Shown one piece after another: positions 19,391 to 28,911 of a stretch of 45,600 bases of DNA. The translations under genes were made by a program, and so were the position numbers. The notes beneath the pieces were generated by a model, which was given only the letters and a program-made list of their open reading frames with translations, was not told the DNA's origin and ran no database searches. The stretch is from Ignavibacteria bacterium UBA961 (GTDB taxonomy: Bacteria; Bacteroidota; Ignavibacteria; Kapaibacteriales; UBA961): contig DBCJ01000138.1 in the NCBI GenBank assembly GCA_002293005.1, forward strand, positions 1-45,600. The letters run 5' to 3'. The stretch's first letter is position 1. Every line of letters begins with the position of its first letter.

Positions 19391-21297
19391 ACCTTATGCC
19401 AAAGCGCGGCATTCAGTGCTGAATACAGAGCTTTGCCATGTTTGCCTCGCTGTTGCTTATGATCATTCAACATCACTCTGAAATATGCATCATTGAGCAA
19501 GCCGGACTTTATCAGAGGAGATTGCAAGATTGTTTTTACAGTGTAATTATACCATGGACCCCGAATCCATTCAGCAACAGGAGCTGAAAAACCTTGCTTC
19601 TTGCGGTAGATGATTTCATGAGGAAGAAGCGCATCCACACCTTTTTTGAGAAGATATTTTGATTCATCATAGGATTTGCGCTTGAGTTCAGGTCTGATAC
19701 GCATGGTATATTCCACAAGCCTATGATCCAAAAATGGAACGCGTGCTTCGAGTGAATGTGCCATCGTGATTTTATCAACGCGCATGAGCAATAGTTCAGG
19801 TAATCGATGTGCCAATTCATAATTGGCGATGCGCTGGGCATAATCTTCAGGATGTGCTTGAATCTCGGCGATTTCTTTGTCCAGGCGAATAGGCATTTCA
19901 CTTACTGAATCTGCCAAGTATTTATATGCTGGTCCAAGCGCTTGTTTCAAATGCGATGGTGTATAATCCACGGCGCCGCCCCAATACAATGGATGACCAT
20001 CAATGGCTCTGCGCATATAATCCAAAATGAGATAGCGTTTCGATGCCATGAGAAATGGCTTCACCAATTCATAAATCATTTTCTGAATGGCTCTTGGATA
20101 AGAGAGAAAACGCTTCCACTCTTTTTCATAAAATTTGAGATCACGAATCATCCATGAATAGCCGATGAATTGCTCATCGCTTCCTTCGCCGACTTGTATC
20201 ACGGTTGTTCCTGATTCGCGAGTCAATTTGCTGAGGAAATTCAGCGGAATGCACACGGGATCTCCATTGGGCTCATCTTCATGCCACACCAATTTCTCGA
20301 GTACGGGTAGTGCATCATTGTGGTCAATCACGATTTCATGATGATTCGTATTGAATGTCCTTGCGATGAGTCTTGCCTGCTCAAGCTCATTGTATTTCTG
20401 TAATTCCTTGAAACCAACTGTGAAAGTGTCAATAGGACGATCCATGAGTTCGGACATCAATGCAACATTTGTGCTGGAATCAATGCCGCCACTCAAAAAG
20501 ACACCGAATGGCACATCACTCATCATGCGATCTTTGACAGCCTGGCGTAGTAATCGCATGATTTCATTCACGGTTGTTGGCTCATCATGATCCCAATATT
20601 CGACACCTTTTTGCAGTGGTTGCCAATATCGATGCTTGATGAATTCACCGTTTTTGAGAATGCCGAAATGTCCTGCCGGTAATTTGTGAATACCATCAAA
20701 CATTGTGTGTGAATCACTCGACATGGAAAATGTGAGATAATTCGCGAATTCATGATGATTGATATTGCGTGAAATCGAGGGATGTTTGAGTATGGATTTG
20801 ATTTCAGAGCCAAAAATGAAACGACCATTCGCATGATGATAATACACGGGCTTTATGCCAATGCGATCTCTTGCCACAAATAATGTTTGTTCATGTTCAT
20901 CCCAAATCGCAATGCCCCACATGCCGATCATTTTATGAAGGAATTCCGGACCATATTCGGCAAATCCATAGAGGATTGTTTCAGTATCTGAATGAGAACG
21001 ATAGCGATAACCTCTTTTTTCGAGATCTTCTCTCAAGAGCATGTGATTATAAATCTCACCATTGAACACGATTGTGAATCTACCATCGGGCGTTGACATC
21101 GGCTGATGTCCAGCAGGAGTCAAATCAATGATTGCCAATCTTCGAAATGCAAATCCTGCTTTCCGTGAAGGTGAAATCCATTGTCCATCATCATCAGGAC
21201 CTCGATGATGAATCACATCACTCATGGATCTCAAAAGATCCTCATGAATGCCGGATTCGGAAATCGAATACTCAACAATGCCTGCTATTCCACACAT
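19378..21297 (-). CDS. asnB: asparagine synthase (glutamine-hydrolysing) family amidotransferase
   Basis: Ntn-amidotransferase start 'MCGIAGIV' at 21297, preferred over 21417, which would run into the SEDS gene. PP-loop 'FLSGGIDSS'. Confidence 0.85.
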   Translation of the reverse strand: MCGIAGIVEYSISESGIHEDLLRSMSDVIHHRGPDDDGQWISPSRKAGFAFRRLAIIDLTPAGHQPMSTPDGRFTIVFNGEIYNHMLLREDLEKRGYRYRSHSDTETILYGFAEYGPEFLHKMIGMWGIAIWDEHEQTLFVARDRIGIKPVYYHHANGRFIFGSEIKSILKHPSISRNINHHEFANYLTFSMSSDSHTMFDGIHKLPAGHFGILKNGEFIKHRYWQPLQKGVEYWDHDEPTTVNEIMRLLRQAVKDRMMSDVPFGVFLSGGIDSSTNVALMSELMDRPIDTFTVGFKELQKYNELEQARLIARTFNTNHHEIVIDHNDALPVLEKLVWHEDEPNGDPVCIPLNFLSKLTRESGTTVIQVGEGSDEQFIGYSWMIRDLKFYEKEWKRFLSYPRAIQKMIYELVKPFLMASKRYLILDYMRRAIDGHPLYWGGAVDYTPSHLKQALGPAYKYLADSVSEMPIRLDKEIAEIQAHPEDYAQRIANYELAHRLPELLLMRVDKITMAHSLEARVPFLDHRLVEYTMRIRPELKRKSYDESKYLLKKGVDALLPHEIIYRKKQGFSAPVAEWIRGPWYNYTVKTILQSPLIKSGLLNDAYFRVMLNDHKQQRGKHGKALYSALNAALWHKVWME

Positions 21298-21316
21298 GAT
21301 CTGATGCTCAGTAAAT

Positions 21317-22438
21317 TCAAGATGATTTTTTTGTATCAGGAAACATACCTGATTGCGAAGCGATATTAAGCAAAATGCCAACTGCCATAGCAGAGAATAG
21401 CACAGCGGTTCCACCATAACTCAAAAATGGCAATGGCAAACCCGTCGTTGGAAGGATGCCACAATTCACTCCCACATTCACAAATGCATAAGCAGAGATC
21501 GTGATAGTGATTCCAAAGGCCAACATACTCCCAAATCTATCGGGTGCAAATCGTGCAACACGAAGTCCGCGATAGAGAAATAGACCGTATAATGTGATCA
21601 TAATAAAGATTCCGAAAAATCCATATTCCTCACCGATGATTGAGGAGATGAAATCACTATAACTTTCAGGAAGAAATTTATCGCGCTGATTGCTTTGTCC
21701 GGGTCCGACACCAAAGAATCCACCATTCGCAAATGCAATGAGCGCTTGTTCCAATTGATAATTGGATGACTGACTATCGCCCATGCCGATAAATGACATG
21801 ATGCGCTTCATCCGATATTCTGCTGATACACCATATATACCCAAAAGCGAAATGGCAATACCGAGAATTGTGATGAAGTATTGCAGTCGTACATTCCCAA
21901 CAAAAAGCATGGAGAGCACGATAACTGAAATAACGAATGCCGATGAAAAATTGGGTTGCAATGCGATGAGTCCAATCACCAAAGCTCCGGCACCCAAAAC
22001 AGGCAATAATCCTTTTTTGAAATCATTCAGTTTATTGAAATTGTCCGAAAGCCAAGCTGCTATGAAAATCACAAGAGCATATTTGGCATATTCCGATGGT
22101 TGAATACTGATGCCACCGATATCAATCCATCTGACCGCTCCTTTTGTTTTGGCTCCCACAAATAAAACGATGACAAGAGCACCAATCCCCAAGATATACA
22201 ACAATTTGGCATAATGTTTATATCGATGATAATCTAAGCGAGTAAAAAGAATGATGAATGCTAGTGATAATCCAACACGCAGAATTTGATTCATCACGAT
22301 TCCCTCGCTCGATCCAAATTTTTGCGAAGCCACATATGCACTGGCGCTATATACAAAAGGGACCGAGAATAAGAGTAATGCCGTTGCGATGAAAAAAATC
22401 AACCAATCTATTTTTCCGGGTATTTCCGTGACTTTCAT
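21317..22438 (-). CDS. SEDS family protein (FtsW/RodA/SpoVE peptidoglycan polymerase)
   Basis: About 10 hydrophobic helices. Conserved C-terminal 'LPTTGLPLPFLSYGGTAVL' and a 'QPSEYAKYAL' segment. Confidence 0.85.
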   Translation of the reverse strand: MKVTEIPGKIDWLIFFIATALLLFSVPFVYSASAYVASQKFGSSEGIVMNQILRVGLSLAFIILFTRLDYHRYKHYAKLLYILGIGALVIVLFVGAKTKGAVRWIDIGGISIQPSEYAKYALVIFIAAWLSDNFNKLNDFKKGLLPVLGAGALVIGLIALQPNFSSAFVISVIVLSMLFVGNVRLQYFITILGIAISLLGIYGVSAEYRMKRIMSFIGMGDSQSSNYQLEQALIAFANGGFFGVGPGQSNQRDKFLPESYSDFISSIIGEEYGFFGIFIMITLYGLFLYRGLRVARFAPDRFGSMLAFGITITISAYAFVNVGVNCGILPTTGLPLPFLSYGGTAVLFSAMAVGILLNIASQSGMFPDTKKSS

Positions 22439-23598
22439 TGCAGAGCCCTTTCAAGATCATGAATGATGTCTTGAGCATCTTCTATACCGACGCTGAAACG
22501 GATAAGCATGTCAGTAATTCCCAATAATGCTCTTTCTTCCGAGGTTATTAAATAATGGGAAGTCTGCGCTGGTATGGTCATTGTTGATTCCACACCTCCC
22601 AAACTTGTCGCTACTGAGATCATCCGAAGTTTCTGAAGAAAATCATCGCGATATTCCATGTCATTCCCTGCAAGTTCGAAAGACATCATGCCACCAAATC
22701 CCGACATTTGTCTTTTAGCTATATCATGACCGGGATGTGATTGCAATCCGGGATAATGCACTTTTGCAATTCCGGGATGCTTGCTTAACCACTCGGCAAT
22801 CTCCAAAGCATTTGCATTTTGTTGATTGACTCTCACGCCGATGGTTTTTATGCTTCTTTCGAGCAAGGATAAATCAACGGCATTGAGCGACATACCATAG
22901 ATGGCTGAAATTTTTCTGCATTTTTCAATATACTCAGCAGTACCAATCAATGCTCCTGCCATCAAATCACTATGTCCGCCCATATACTTGGTTGCACTAT
23001 GCATGATGATGTCACAACCCAATTCCAATGGCCTCTGATTCACTGGTGATGCGAAAGTATTGTCAATCATCGTGAGAATGCCATTGTCTTTGGCCCATTG
23101 AGTTATGAGCGCAATGTCAATAATCTCCAATAGTGGATTTGTGGGAGTTTCCAAATACACCAAAACGGTTTCATTTGTGACGCTTTGCGCTAATGAATCC
23201 GGAGTCATGGAAGTAATCAATGTCACATTGATATTGTGTTTTTCTCTAAGCAATTCTACGAATGCTCTTGTCCCGCCATAGATATTGTTTTGCATGAGAA
23301 TATGATCGCCCGGTTTGGCAATTGCCAATATTCCTGCTGCAATTGCAGACATACCTGTAGCCAAAACAATTGCCGACTCTCCACCTTCCAATGCTGCTAT
23401 TTTCTTGGAAACCGCCTCATGATTGGGAATATTGAAATTTCTGGGATAGGGAATATTACCATTACCACTCAAATACTCAATGGCAGTTGAAGGTTGTATG
23501 GGAGTATTCACTCCGCCAAATGCATCATGAATAGTGCCTGTATGAACTGCAATTGAATTCAGGCCTATCGTGTTCTGTTTGTGTTTACTTTCGGACAT
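22435..23598 (-). CDS. Cys/Met-metabolism PLP-dependent enzyme (cystathionine beta-lyase/gamma-synthase family)
   Basis: PLP-lysine motif 'HSATKYMGGHSD' and 'ETPTNPLLEI'. 387 aa. Confidence 0.85.
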   Translation of the reverse strand: MSESKHKQNTIGLNSIAVHTGTIHDAFGGVNTPIQPSTAIEYLSGNGNIPYPRNFNIPNHEAVSKKIAALEGGESAIVLATGMSAIAAGILAIAKPGDHILMQNNIYGGTRAFVELLREKHNINVTLITSMTPDSLAQSVTNETVLVYLETPTNPLLEIIDIALITQWAKDNGILTMIDNTFASPVNQRPLELGCDIIMHSATKYMGGHSDLMAGALIGTAEYIEKCRKISAIYGMSLNAVDLSLLERSIKTIGVRVNQQNANALEIAEWLSKHPGIAKVHYPGLQSHPGHDIAKRQMSGFGGMMSFELAGNDMEYRDDFLQKLRMISVATSLGGVESTMTIPAQTSHYLITSEERALLGITDMLIRFSVGIEDAQDIIHDLERALQ

Positions 23599-23709
23599 TG
23601 AAGTATTTGCAATGAAAGAGGTTATGCTGTGCGCAAAGATACGGGAAAAAAAGCACTTTCTCGGCTTGAAACATAGCCGTAATTTGCCAAGAACAATGAG
23701 TAGAATTAC

Positions 23710-24438
23710 ATGAAAACAAATGCCTTTTCCATCCTTTCATACTCCATGATATGCTGTATTGCATTGTTCATAGGCGGATGTTCGGAAGAATCTGTTGAAA
23801 AAAATGATTCAAAGCAGATTTCAATAGTAAACACAATGAAACATCCGCTTCGGGAAAGAGATGATACATTGATGATGCCCTTGACACCCAATTCCGCATG
23901 GTTTTTTGATATTTCTTATCAAGATGTGAATACGGGGAAATTTCTTGAGCCGAATGCGGATTTTCCATTTCCTTCGGGTGATACACTGTATGTGCACGGT
24001 TCCACAATGCTCGACAGTAACCCATGTTCACTCATTCGTACCATCTCGACTCCCAAAGGTGGGACTTGGTATACGGTTCGTGCAAAAGGGATTTATAGTT
24101 GGCCCCAGGACCCCCAAGACACTACTGAAGTGCCGGTATTCAGTCTCACATATAAGTATCCGGCAATCAAAGGGGAGACATATAAGGCAAATGGCGTAAA
24201 GGTTGAGGTAAAAGATACAGCAGCCAAACTCACAGTGCCTGCCGGCTCTTTTTCATGTTATTATTATGTCTCATTGTTCAATGCTCCCGGAAATGTCTCA
24301 TTTGAGAATCATGTTTGGCTGTCAAAAGGAGTAGGAATGGTGAAAAATGAGTCGATCATGTATCAAAAAGGCATTGATCCGGTCAGGCGGATTGTTTCTT
24401 TGAGAAGATATATTCACGGTACCGATCAAAAGCAATAA
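23710..24438 (+). CDS. lipoprotein, function unknown
   Basis: Signal peptide with lipobox 'LFIGGC'. I recognise no motif in the mature part. Confidence 0.5.
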   Translation: MKTNAFSILSYSMICCIALFIGGCSEESVEKNDSKQISIVNTMKHPLRERDDTLMMPLTPNSAWFFDISYQDVNTGKFLEPNADFPFPSGDTLYVHGSTMLDSNPCSLIRTISTPKGGTWYTVRAKGIYSWPQDPQDTTEVPVFSLTYKYPAIKGETYKANGVKVEVKDTAAKLTVPAGSFSCYYYVSLFNAPGNVSFENHVWLSKGVGMVKNESIMYQKGIDPVRRIVSLRRYIHGTDQKQ

Positions 24439-24486
24439 CAAGTGCTTTCGTATCTTTGCACACTTATTATTCCAATTGGATCACAC

Positions 24487-26250
24487 ATGTCAACAAGATA
24501 TTTTCCTATTCTCATCCTATTCTTCGCTTCCATCATAGGATTGCAAGCAAAACCTCATGAGGATTTGATGCGTGCAATGCGTGATGAAGCCAAAAGGGCA
24601 TTGTCTGAATTGCAAGTTGAATCATTGCAGAAGCCCTATTATGTTGAGTATATGCTCACAATGCGGAATAGTGAATCTGCAAAGGCATCTCTTGGTGGCA
24701 TCATCAATACAAGAAAAGGAATGTCAGCTGTTTTGACAGTTGGTATCCGAGTGGGTAATCCCAAATTCGACAATACCAATTTTTTTGATGTGAGCTTGGG
24801 CTTCTTCGGAAGTGGTGATGATGAGGAGTCATTCAGAAATAGACGCATTCCGATTGAATTGGACTATGCATCGCTTCGCCGTGAATTATGGCTTGCCACG
24901 GATGCATGCTATAAACAATCTTCGGAATTGCATGCGAAAAAAGAAGCGGCAATCAAAAATAGATTGCGTACCGACACCACACATGATTTCATACCACAAG
25001 GTCCTTCGATTTTTCAAGATGCCGAGGAATTTGCTCCATTTGACTTGGAAAAGGTGCAATTGCTCGTAAAGGAATTGTCATCATCTTTTCTCAATCATCC
25101 AACAATTGCATCAAGTACAGTAAGCATTGAAAATCTGCCTGAAACCATACTATATGTCAATACTGAAGGCAGAGAATTCATCAAAACTAAGCATATGACA
25201 GGCATTGAAATCATTGCTTCGGGTCAATGCCTCGATGGTATGCCAATCGCAGAAACATATACCGCTTATGCACGCTCATTCAGTGAATTGCCAGGAAAAG
25301 ATTCCTTGTCAAAGTCCACTGCATCATTGATTCAATCCTTTGAACAAGCATATGCGTCCGCAAAATTGGAAGAAGCATATTCGGGTCCTATCATGGTGGA
25401 AGGACAAGCCGCAAATGAGATCTTTGCCCAGATGTTTGCACCCCAATGCATTGTGCAAAGACCTCACCTGACAGATCGCGGTGTACAAGACAATGATAGA
25501 TATACAGCATTTCAAAATAAGATCGGTGGAAGAGTATTGCCGGAATATTTATCAGTGACAGATAATCCCGGATTGCAAAAACATGACGGTACTTCCTTGG
25601 TTGGACATTATGCGATTGATGATGAAGGCACGCCTGCACAATCAGTGAATCTTGTTGAAAAAGGATATCTCAAAACATTGTTATCGGGTCGCACTCCCAC
25701 AAAAAGAATTCGTTCTTCAAATGGTCACTCCCGCGGCGGTGCGCCAATCTATGGGGTTATGCAATTGACATCAACCGACAAGAAAAAAGAAGTTGATTCA
25801 AAGGCGATGAAAGCCAAGATGATGTCGCTTTGCAAAGCCAGAGAATTGCCTTATGGCATCATCATTCGTAAAGCATTGAATCAAAATATTCTCTATACCG
25901 TGCTGTATGAACAAACCTCAGGTGAATTTCCATTTGCTCAAGGAGATTCAAAATTGACAGTACTTGAAGCATATAAAGTATTTCCGGATGGAAGAGAAGA
26001 GAGAGTCCGTGGTGGTGAATTGGCAGGACTCGGCCCGGCATCTTTCAAGGATATCTTATTGGTCGGAAAGAAAAGTCGTGCATATAATCTTCTGGCTTCA
26101 TCCGTGGTTTCATCATTCTTGACCGGTGGTTCACAATTCGTGTCTGCTTCACTGATCATTCCTGATTTGCTTTTTGAAGACATTGAATTCAGACCTTTGG
26201 AAAGCGATTTTCCGAAACCACCGCTCATTGCTTCGCCGATGGATAAATAA
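24487..26250 (+). CDS. exported TldD/PmbA-family protein (no HExxxH seen)
   Basis: I prefer the ATG at 24487, which gives the signal peptide '[21 protein letters not shown]'. '[31 protein letters not shown]...SSNGHSRGG' resembles the PmbA/TldD C-terminal domain. Confidence 0.6.
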   Translation: MSTRYFPILILFFASIIGLQAKPHEDLMRAMRDEAKRALSELQVESLQKPYYVEYMLTMRNSESAKASLGGIINTRKGMSAVLTVGIRVGNPKFDNTNFFDVSLGFFGSGDDEESFRNRRIPIELDYASLRRELWLATDACYKQSSELHAKKEAAIKNRLRTDTTHDFIPQGPSIFQDAEEFAPFDLEKVQLLVKELSSSFLNHPTIASSTVSIENLPETILYVNTEGREFIKTKHMTGIEIIASGQCLDGMPIAETYTAYARSFSELPGKDSLSKSTASLIQSFEQAYASAKLEEAYSGPIMVEGQAANEIFAQMFAPQCIVQRPHLTDRGVQDNDRYTAFQNKIGGRVLPEYLSVTDNPGLQKHDGTSLVGHYAIDDEGTPAQSVNLVEKGYLKTLLSGRTPTKRIRSSNGHSRGGAPIYGVMQLTSTDKKKEVDSKAMKAKMMSLCKARELPYGIIIRKALNQNILYTVLYEQTSGEFPFAQGDSKLTVLEAYKVFPDGREERVRGGELAGLGPASFKDILLVGKKSRAYNLLASSVVSSFLTGGSQFVSASLIIPDLLFEDIEFRPLESDFPKPPLIASPMDK

Positions 26251-26265
26251 TGAACTTTTTATGAT

Positions 26266-26296
26266 TGGGAGGGGTTACAGCCTCCCATTGTTTTTT
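26266..26296 (+). terminator. rho-independent terminator
   Basis: Stem 'tgggagg' / 'cctccca' with loop 'ggttacag', followed by 'ttgtttttt'. Confidence 0.75.
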
Positions 26297-26308
26297 AGGA
26301 TTATCATT

Positions 26309-27970
26309 ATGTCAAATATCAAATCACCTCGTGGTTCCGAGCTACATTGTGCCAATTGGCAAATCGAAGCCGCTTATAGAATGATTCAAAACAATTTGGA
26401 TCCTGAAGTTGCCGAGCATCCAGAAAAATTGATTGTCTATGGTGGATATGGCAAGGCGGCCAGAAATCACGCTTCTTTGCAGGCAATTCTTGATTCACTT
26501 AGATCCATGAGTCCTGATGAAACTTTGCTGGTTCAATCGGGTAAACCCGTTGGCATTGTACCAACACATGAAAATGCGCCAAAAGTGATCATAGCAAATT
26601 CAAATCTTGTTGGAAATTGGGCCAATTGGGATGAGTTCCGAAGACTCGATGAATTGGGACTCATGATGTATGGTCAAATGACAGCCGGGAGTTGGATTTA
26701 TATCGGTACGCAAGGGATCGTGCAAGGTACCTATGAAACATTCGCTGAATGTGCCAGACAGCATTTCGGTGGTGATTTATACGGTCGTTTCGTACTTACC
26801 GCCGGACTTGGCGGAATGGGCGGAGCGCAACCACTTGCAGCGACATTCAATGGGGCTGTTGCATTATGCATTGAAATCGATGAAACACGCATTGATAAAC
26901 GCATTCATGATGGATATTGCGATGTGAAGATACATGATTTGGATGAGGCTTTGCAAAAAGTGCAAGAATGCATCAATGAAAGAAGAGCACTATCAATCGG
27001 TCTTGTCGGTAATGCCGCTGAAATTTTACCGGAACTCGTACGAAGAAATGTTATTCCTGATGTCGTTACCGATCAGACTGCAGCTCATGATCCTTTGAAT
27101 GGGTATTATCCTGCAGGAATTTCCAAATCAGAAGCTGATGAATTGAGAGGATCTGATCCTGTAACTTATCTCGAAAAAACACATCACTCTATCGGTGAAC
27201 ATGTCAAAGCAATGCTTGCTTTCCAAGAAAGAGGTGCAATTGTCTTTGATTATGGAAATAATTTGCGTGGTGTGGCAAGAGATAAAGCGGGTGTTGAGAA
27301 TGCATTTGATTTTCCGGGTTTTGTACCGGCTTATATCAGACAATTGTTCTGCGATGGAAATGGACCATTCAGATGGGTGGCTTTATCCGGTGATCCGCAA
27401 GATATTGCTGTAACCGATCAGGCAATTATGGAATTGTTTCCGGAGCATGAAGGACTTCATCGCTGGATCAAAAATGCTCAATCAAGAATCGGCTATCAGG
27501 GCTTGCCTGCAAGAATTTGCTGGCTCAATTATGGCGAAAGAGCAAAAGCCGGAAAATTATTCAATGATCTTGTGAGAGATGGCAAAGTGTCCGCACCTAT
27601 CGTCATTGGAAGAGATCACTTGGATTGCGGCTCGGTGGCCTCACCTTATAGAGAAACAGAAGCAATGCTCGATGGTTCAGATGCCATTGCCGACTGGGTA
27701 TTTCTAAATTTTGCATTGAATACGCTTGGTGGCGCTACATGGGTTTCTCTGCATCATGGCGGAGGAGTCGGAATGGGTCTTTCACTTCATTCAGGTATGG
27801 TGATTGTTGCTGACGGAACTTTCGAAGCTGAGCGAAGGTTGCAAAGAGTCCTCACATATGACCCATTGATGGGCATTTTAAGACATACAGATGCAGGTTA
27901 TAAGCGGGCTCTGGGGAATGCAGAAAAGTTTGGCATAAAAATTCCTTTATACCCCATAGTCAGAGATTAA
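26309..27970 (+). CDS. hutU: urocanate hydratase
   Basis: '[30 protein letters not shown]', '[13 protein letters not shown]' and '[17 protein letters not shown]' match HutU. The start at 26309 gives 553 aa and has AGGA 8 nt upstream. Confidence 0.92.
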   Translation: MSNIKSPRGSELHCANWQIEAAYRMIQNNLDPEVAEHPEKLIVYGGYGKAARNHASLQAILDSLRSMSPDETLLVQSGKPVGIVPTHENAPKVIIANSNLVGNWANWDEFRRLDELGLMMYGQMTAGSWIYIGTQGIVQGTYETFAECARQHFGGDLYGRFVLTAGLGGMGGAQPLAATFNGAVALCIEIDETRIDKRIHDGYCDVKIHDLDEALQKVQECINERRALSIGLVGNAAEILPELVRRNVIPDVVTDQTAAHDPLNGYYPAGISKSEADELRGSDPVTYLEKTHHSIGEHVKAMLAFQERGAIVFDYGNNLRGVARDKAGVENAFDFPGFVPAYIRQLFCDGNGPFRWVALSGDPQDIAVTDQAIMELFPEHEGLHRWIKNAQSRIGYQGLPARICWLNYGERAKAGKLFNDLVRDGKVSAPIVIGRDHLDCGSVASPYRETEAMLDGSDAIADWVFLNFALNTLGGATWVSLHHGGGVGMGLSLHSGMVIVADGTFEAERRLQRVLTYDPLMGILRHTDAGYKRALGNAEKFGIKIPLYPIVRD

Positions 27971-27988
27971 CGATTGAAAACAGAAGAT

Positions 27989-28070
27989 TTGACAGAAAAA
28001 ACAGACAAAATGACATTATGGTGTCAAAGTGTCAAATAAATGTGTCAGATACTGTTAAAATGACAGACAA
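27989..28070. repeat. array of six TGACA/TGTCA pentamers with embedded direct and inverted repeats
   Basis: TGACA occurs at 27990, 28011 and 28061. TGTCA occurs at 28022, 28030 and 28043. There is a palindrome TGACA-N6-TGTCA at 28011..28026. AAAATGACA is repeated at 28007 and 28057, and ACAGACAA at 28001 and 28063. Confidence 0.6.
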
Positions 28071-28174
28071 TATTTTTTCTCACTCATTGAAAGGACTGAA
28101 TGGTTCAATCAGCTACTACTTTTCGAAATGACGATAGGTCATCGAATTCATCCAATGTTCCAAGGAGAATGATC

Positions 28175-28891
28175 ATGCAAGAATTTATCGAAAGATCTAC
28201 AAATGAGATGGACACAAACAATATGATTGTTGTTCATGAAACTCAAGCTCCGGCCAATGTCTATTTTGATGATGAGCGTTTTGGAGCACCCAAGGATGAA
28301 GTAGCGATTTCCACCACACTTACGGGAGAAGAGAGAATGGACTTGGTATTGCAAATTGAGGCCTTATTCAAGGCAGACCGCAAGCGTTTCTTGAGTTTTA
28401 TTCGCCAACGCGTTCGCAGTCAAGAAGATGCTGAAGATATTTTGCAAGATGTATTCGCAAATGTTATTTCAGCTGCGGGACATGTACAAAGACCCATCGA
28501 AAATCTCGCTTCCTGGGTTTTTACCGCAGTGAGAAACAAAATCATCGACTTCTACCGCAAAAAGCGCGCAGACACTTTTTCAGATTTGATCACTCCGCGT
28601 CAGCGAGAAGAGGGAAATGATTCTCTCGACTATCTATTAGGTGATATGTCTTATAATCCCGATGGAGATTTACTTCGCAAAACCATTTGGGAGAGAGTGC
28701 AAGAAGCATTGAAAGAATTGCCTGATGAACAGCGTGAAGTATTCGAGAAAAATGAATTTCATGGAGTTTCTTTCCGCGAAATGTCTGAAGAAACCGGAGT
28801 AAATATCAATACACTTCTTGCTCGCAAAAGATATGCTGTATTGCATCTTCGTGATCGCTTGAAAGATATTTATGCTTCCATGAATTATTAA
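28175..28891 (+). CDS. ECF-type RNA polymerase sigma-70 family factor with an N-terminal extension
   Basis: Region 2 is 'EDAEDILQDVF...WVFTAVRNKIIDFYRKK'. Region 4 is 'LPDEQREVFEKNEFHGVSFREMSEETGVNINTLLARKRYAVLHLR'. I chose the start at 28175 because AGGAG lies 7 nt upstream. Alternative ATGs are at 28100 (longest ORF) and 28337. Confidence 0.8.
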   Translation: MQEFIERSTNEMDTNNMIVVHETQAPANVYFDDERFGAPKDEVAISTTLTGEERMDLVLQIEALFKADRKRFLSFIRQRVRSQEDAEDILQDVFANVISAAGHVQRPIENLASWVFTAVRNKIIDFYRKKRADTFSDLITPRQREEGNDSLDYLLGDMSYNPDGDLLRKTIWERVQEALKELPDEQREVFEKNEFHGVSFREMSEETGVNINTLLARKRYAVLHLRDRLKDIYASMNY

Positions 28892-28911
28892 AGAGCATGT
28901 TAGCTTTGAAG

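Noticed and set aside
21298-21417. 40-aa N-terminal extension of asnB.
   Set aside because: Ntn glutamine amidotransferases need Cys directly after the initiator Met ('MCGIAG' at 21297). The extension would also overlap the 3' end of the SEDS gene by 101 nt.
23599-23709. Possible SAM or other riboswitch upstream of the minus-strand PLP (Met/Cys) gene. The 54-nt leader of the second paralogue at 42249..42302 was also checked.
   Set aside because: The region is only 111 nt and is shared with a divergent gene. It contains only a 4-bp hairpin (GGCT/AGCC) and none of the conserved SAM-I, SAM-II or SAM-IV core sequences I can recall. The second leader is too short.
26174-26308. 45-aa N-terminal extension of hutU offered by the ORF track.
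   Set aside because: It would overlap the end of the TldD/PmbA-like gene and read straight through the terminator hairpin at 26266..26296. The ATG at 26309 gives a normal-length HutU with AGGA upstream.
28010-28063. Two back-to-back mini-ORFs inside the TGACA array (MTLWCQSVK-stop at 28010..28039, immediately followed by MCQILLK-stop at 28040..28063), plus a third overlapping ATG at 28060.
   Set aside because: The ATGs arise because the repeat unit contains AATGACA or AATGTGTCA. There is no ribosome-binding site and I cannot assess conservation. I treat them as a by-product of the repeats, not as leader peptides.
28100-28174. Longest-ORF start for the sigma factor.
   Set aside because: Not excluded, but the first 25 codons look low-complexity ('RNDDRSSNSSNVPRR'). 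AGGAG sits at ideal spacing for the ATG at 28175. I therefore listed 28175 and flagged the uncertainty.
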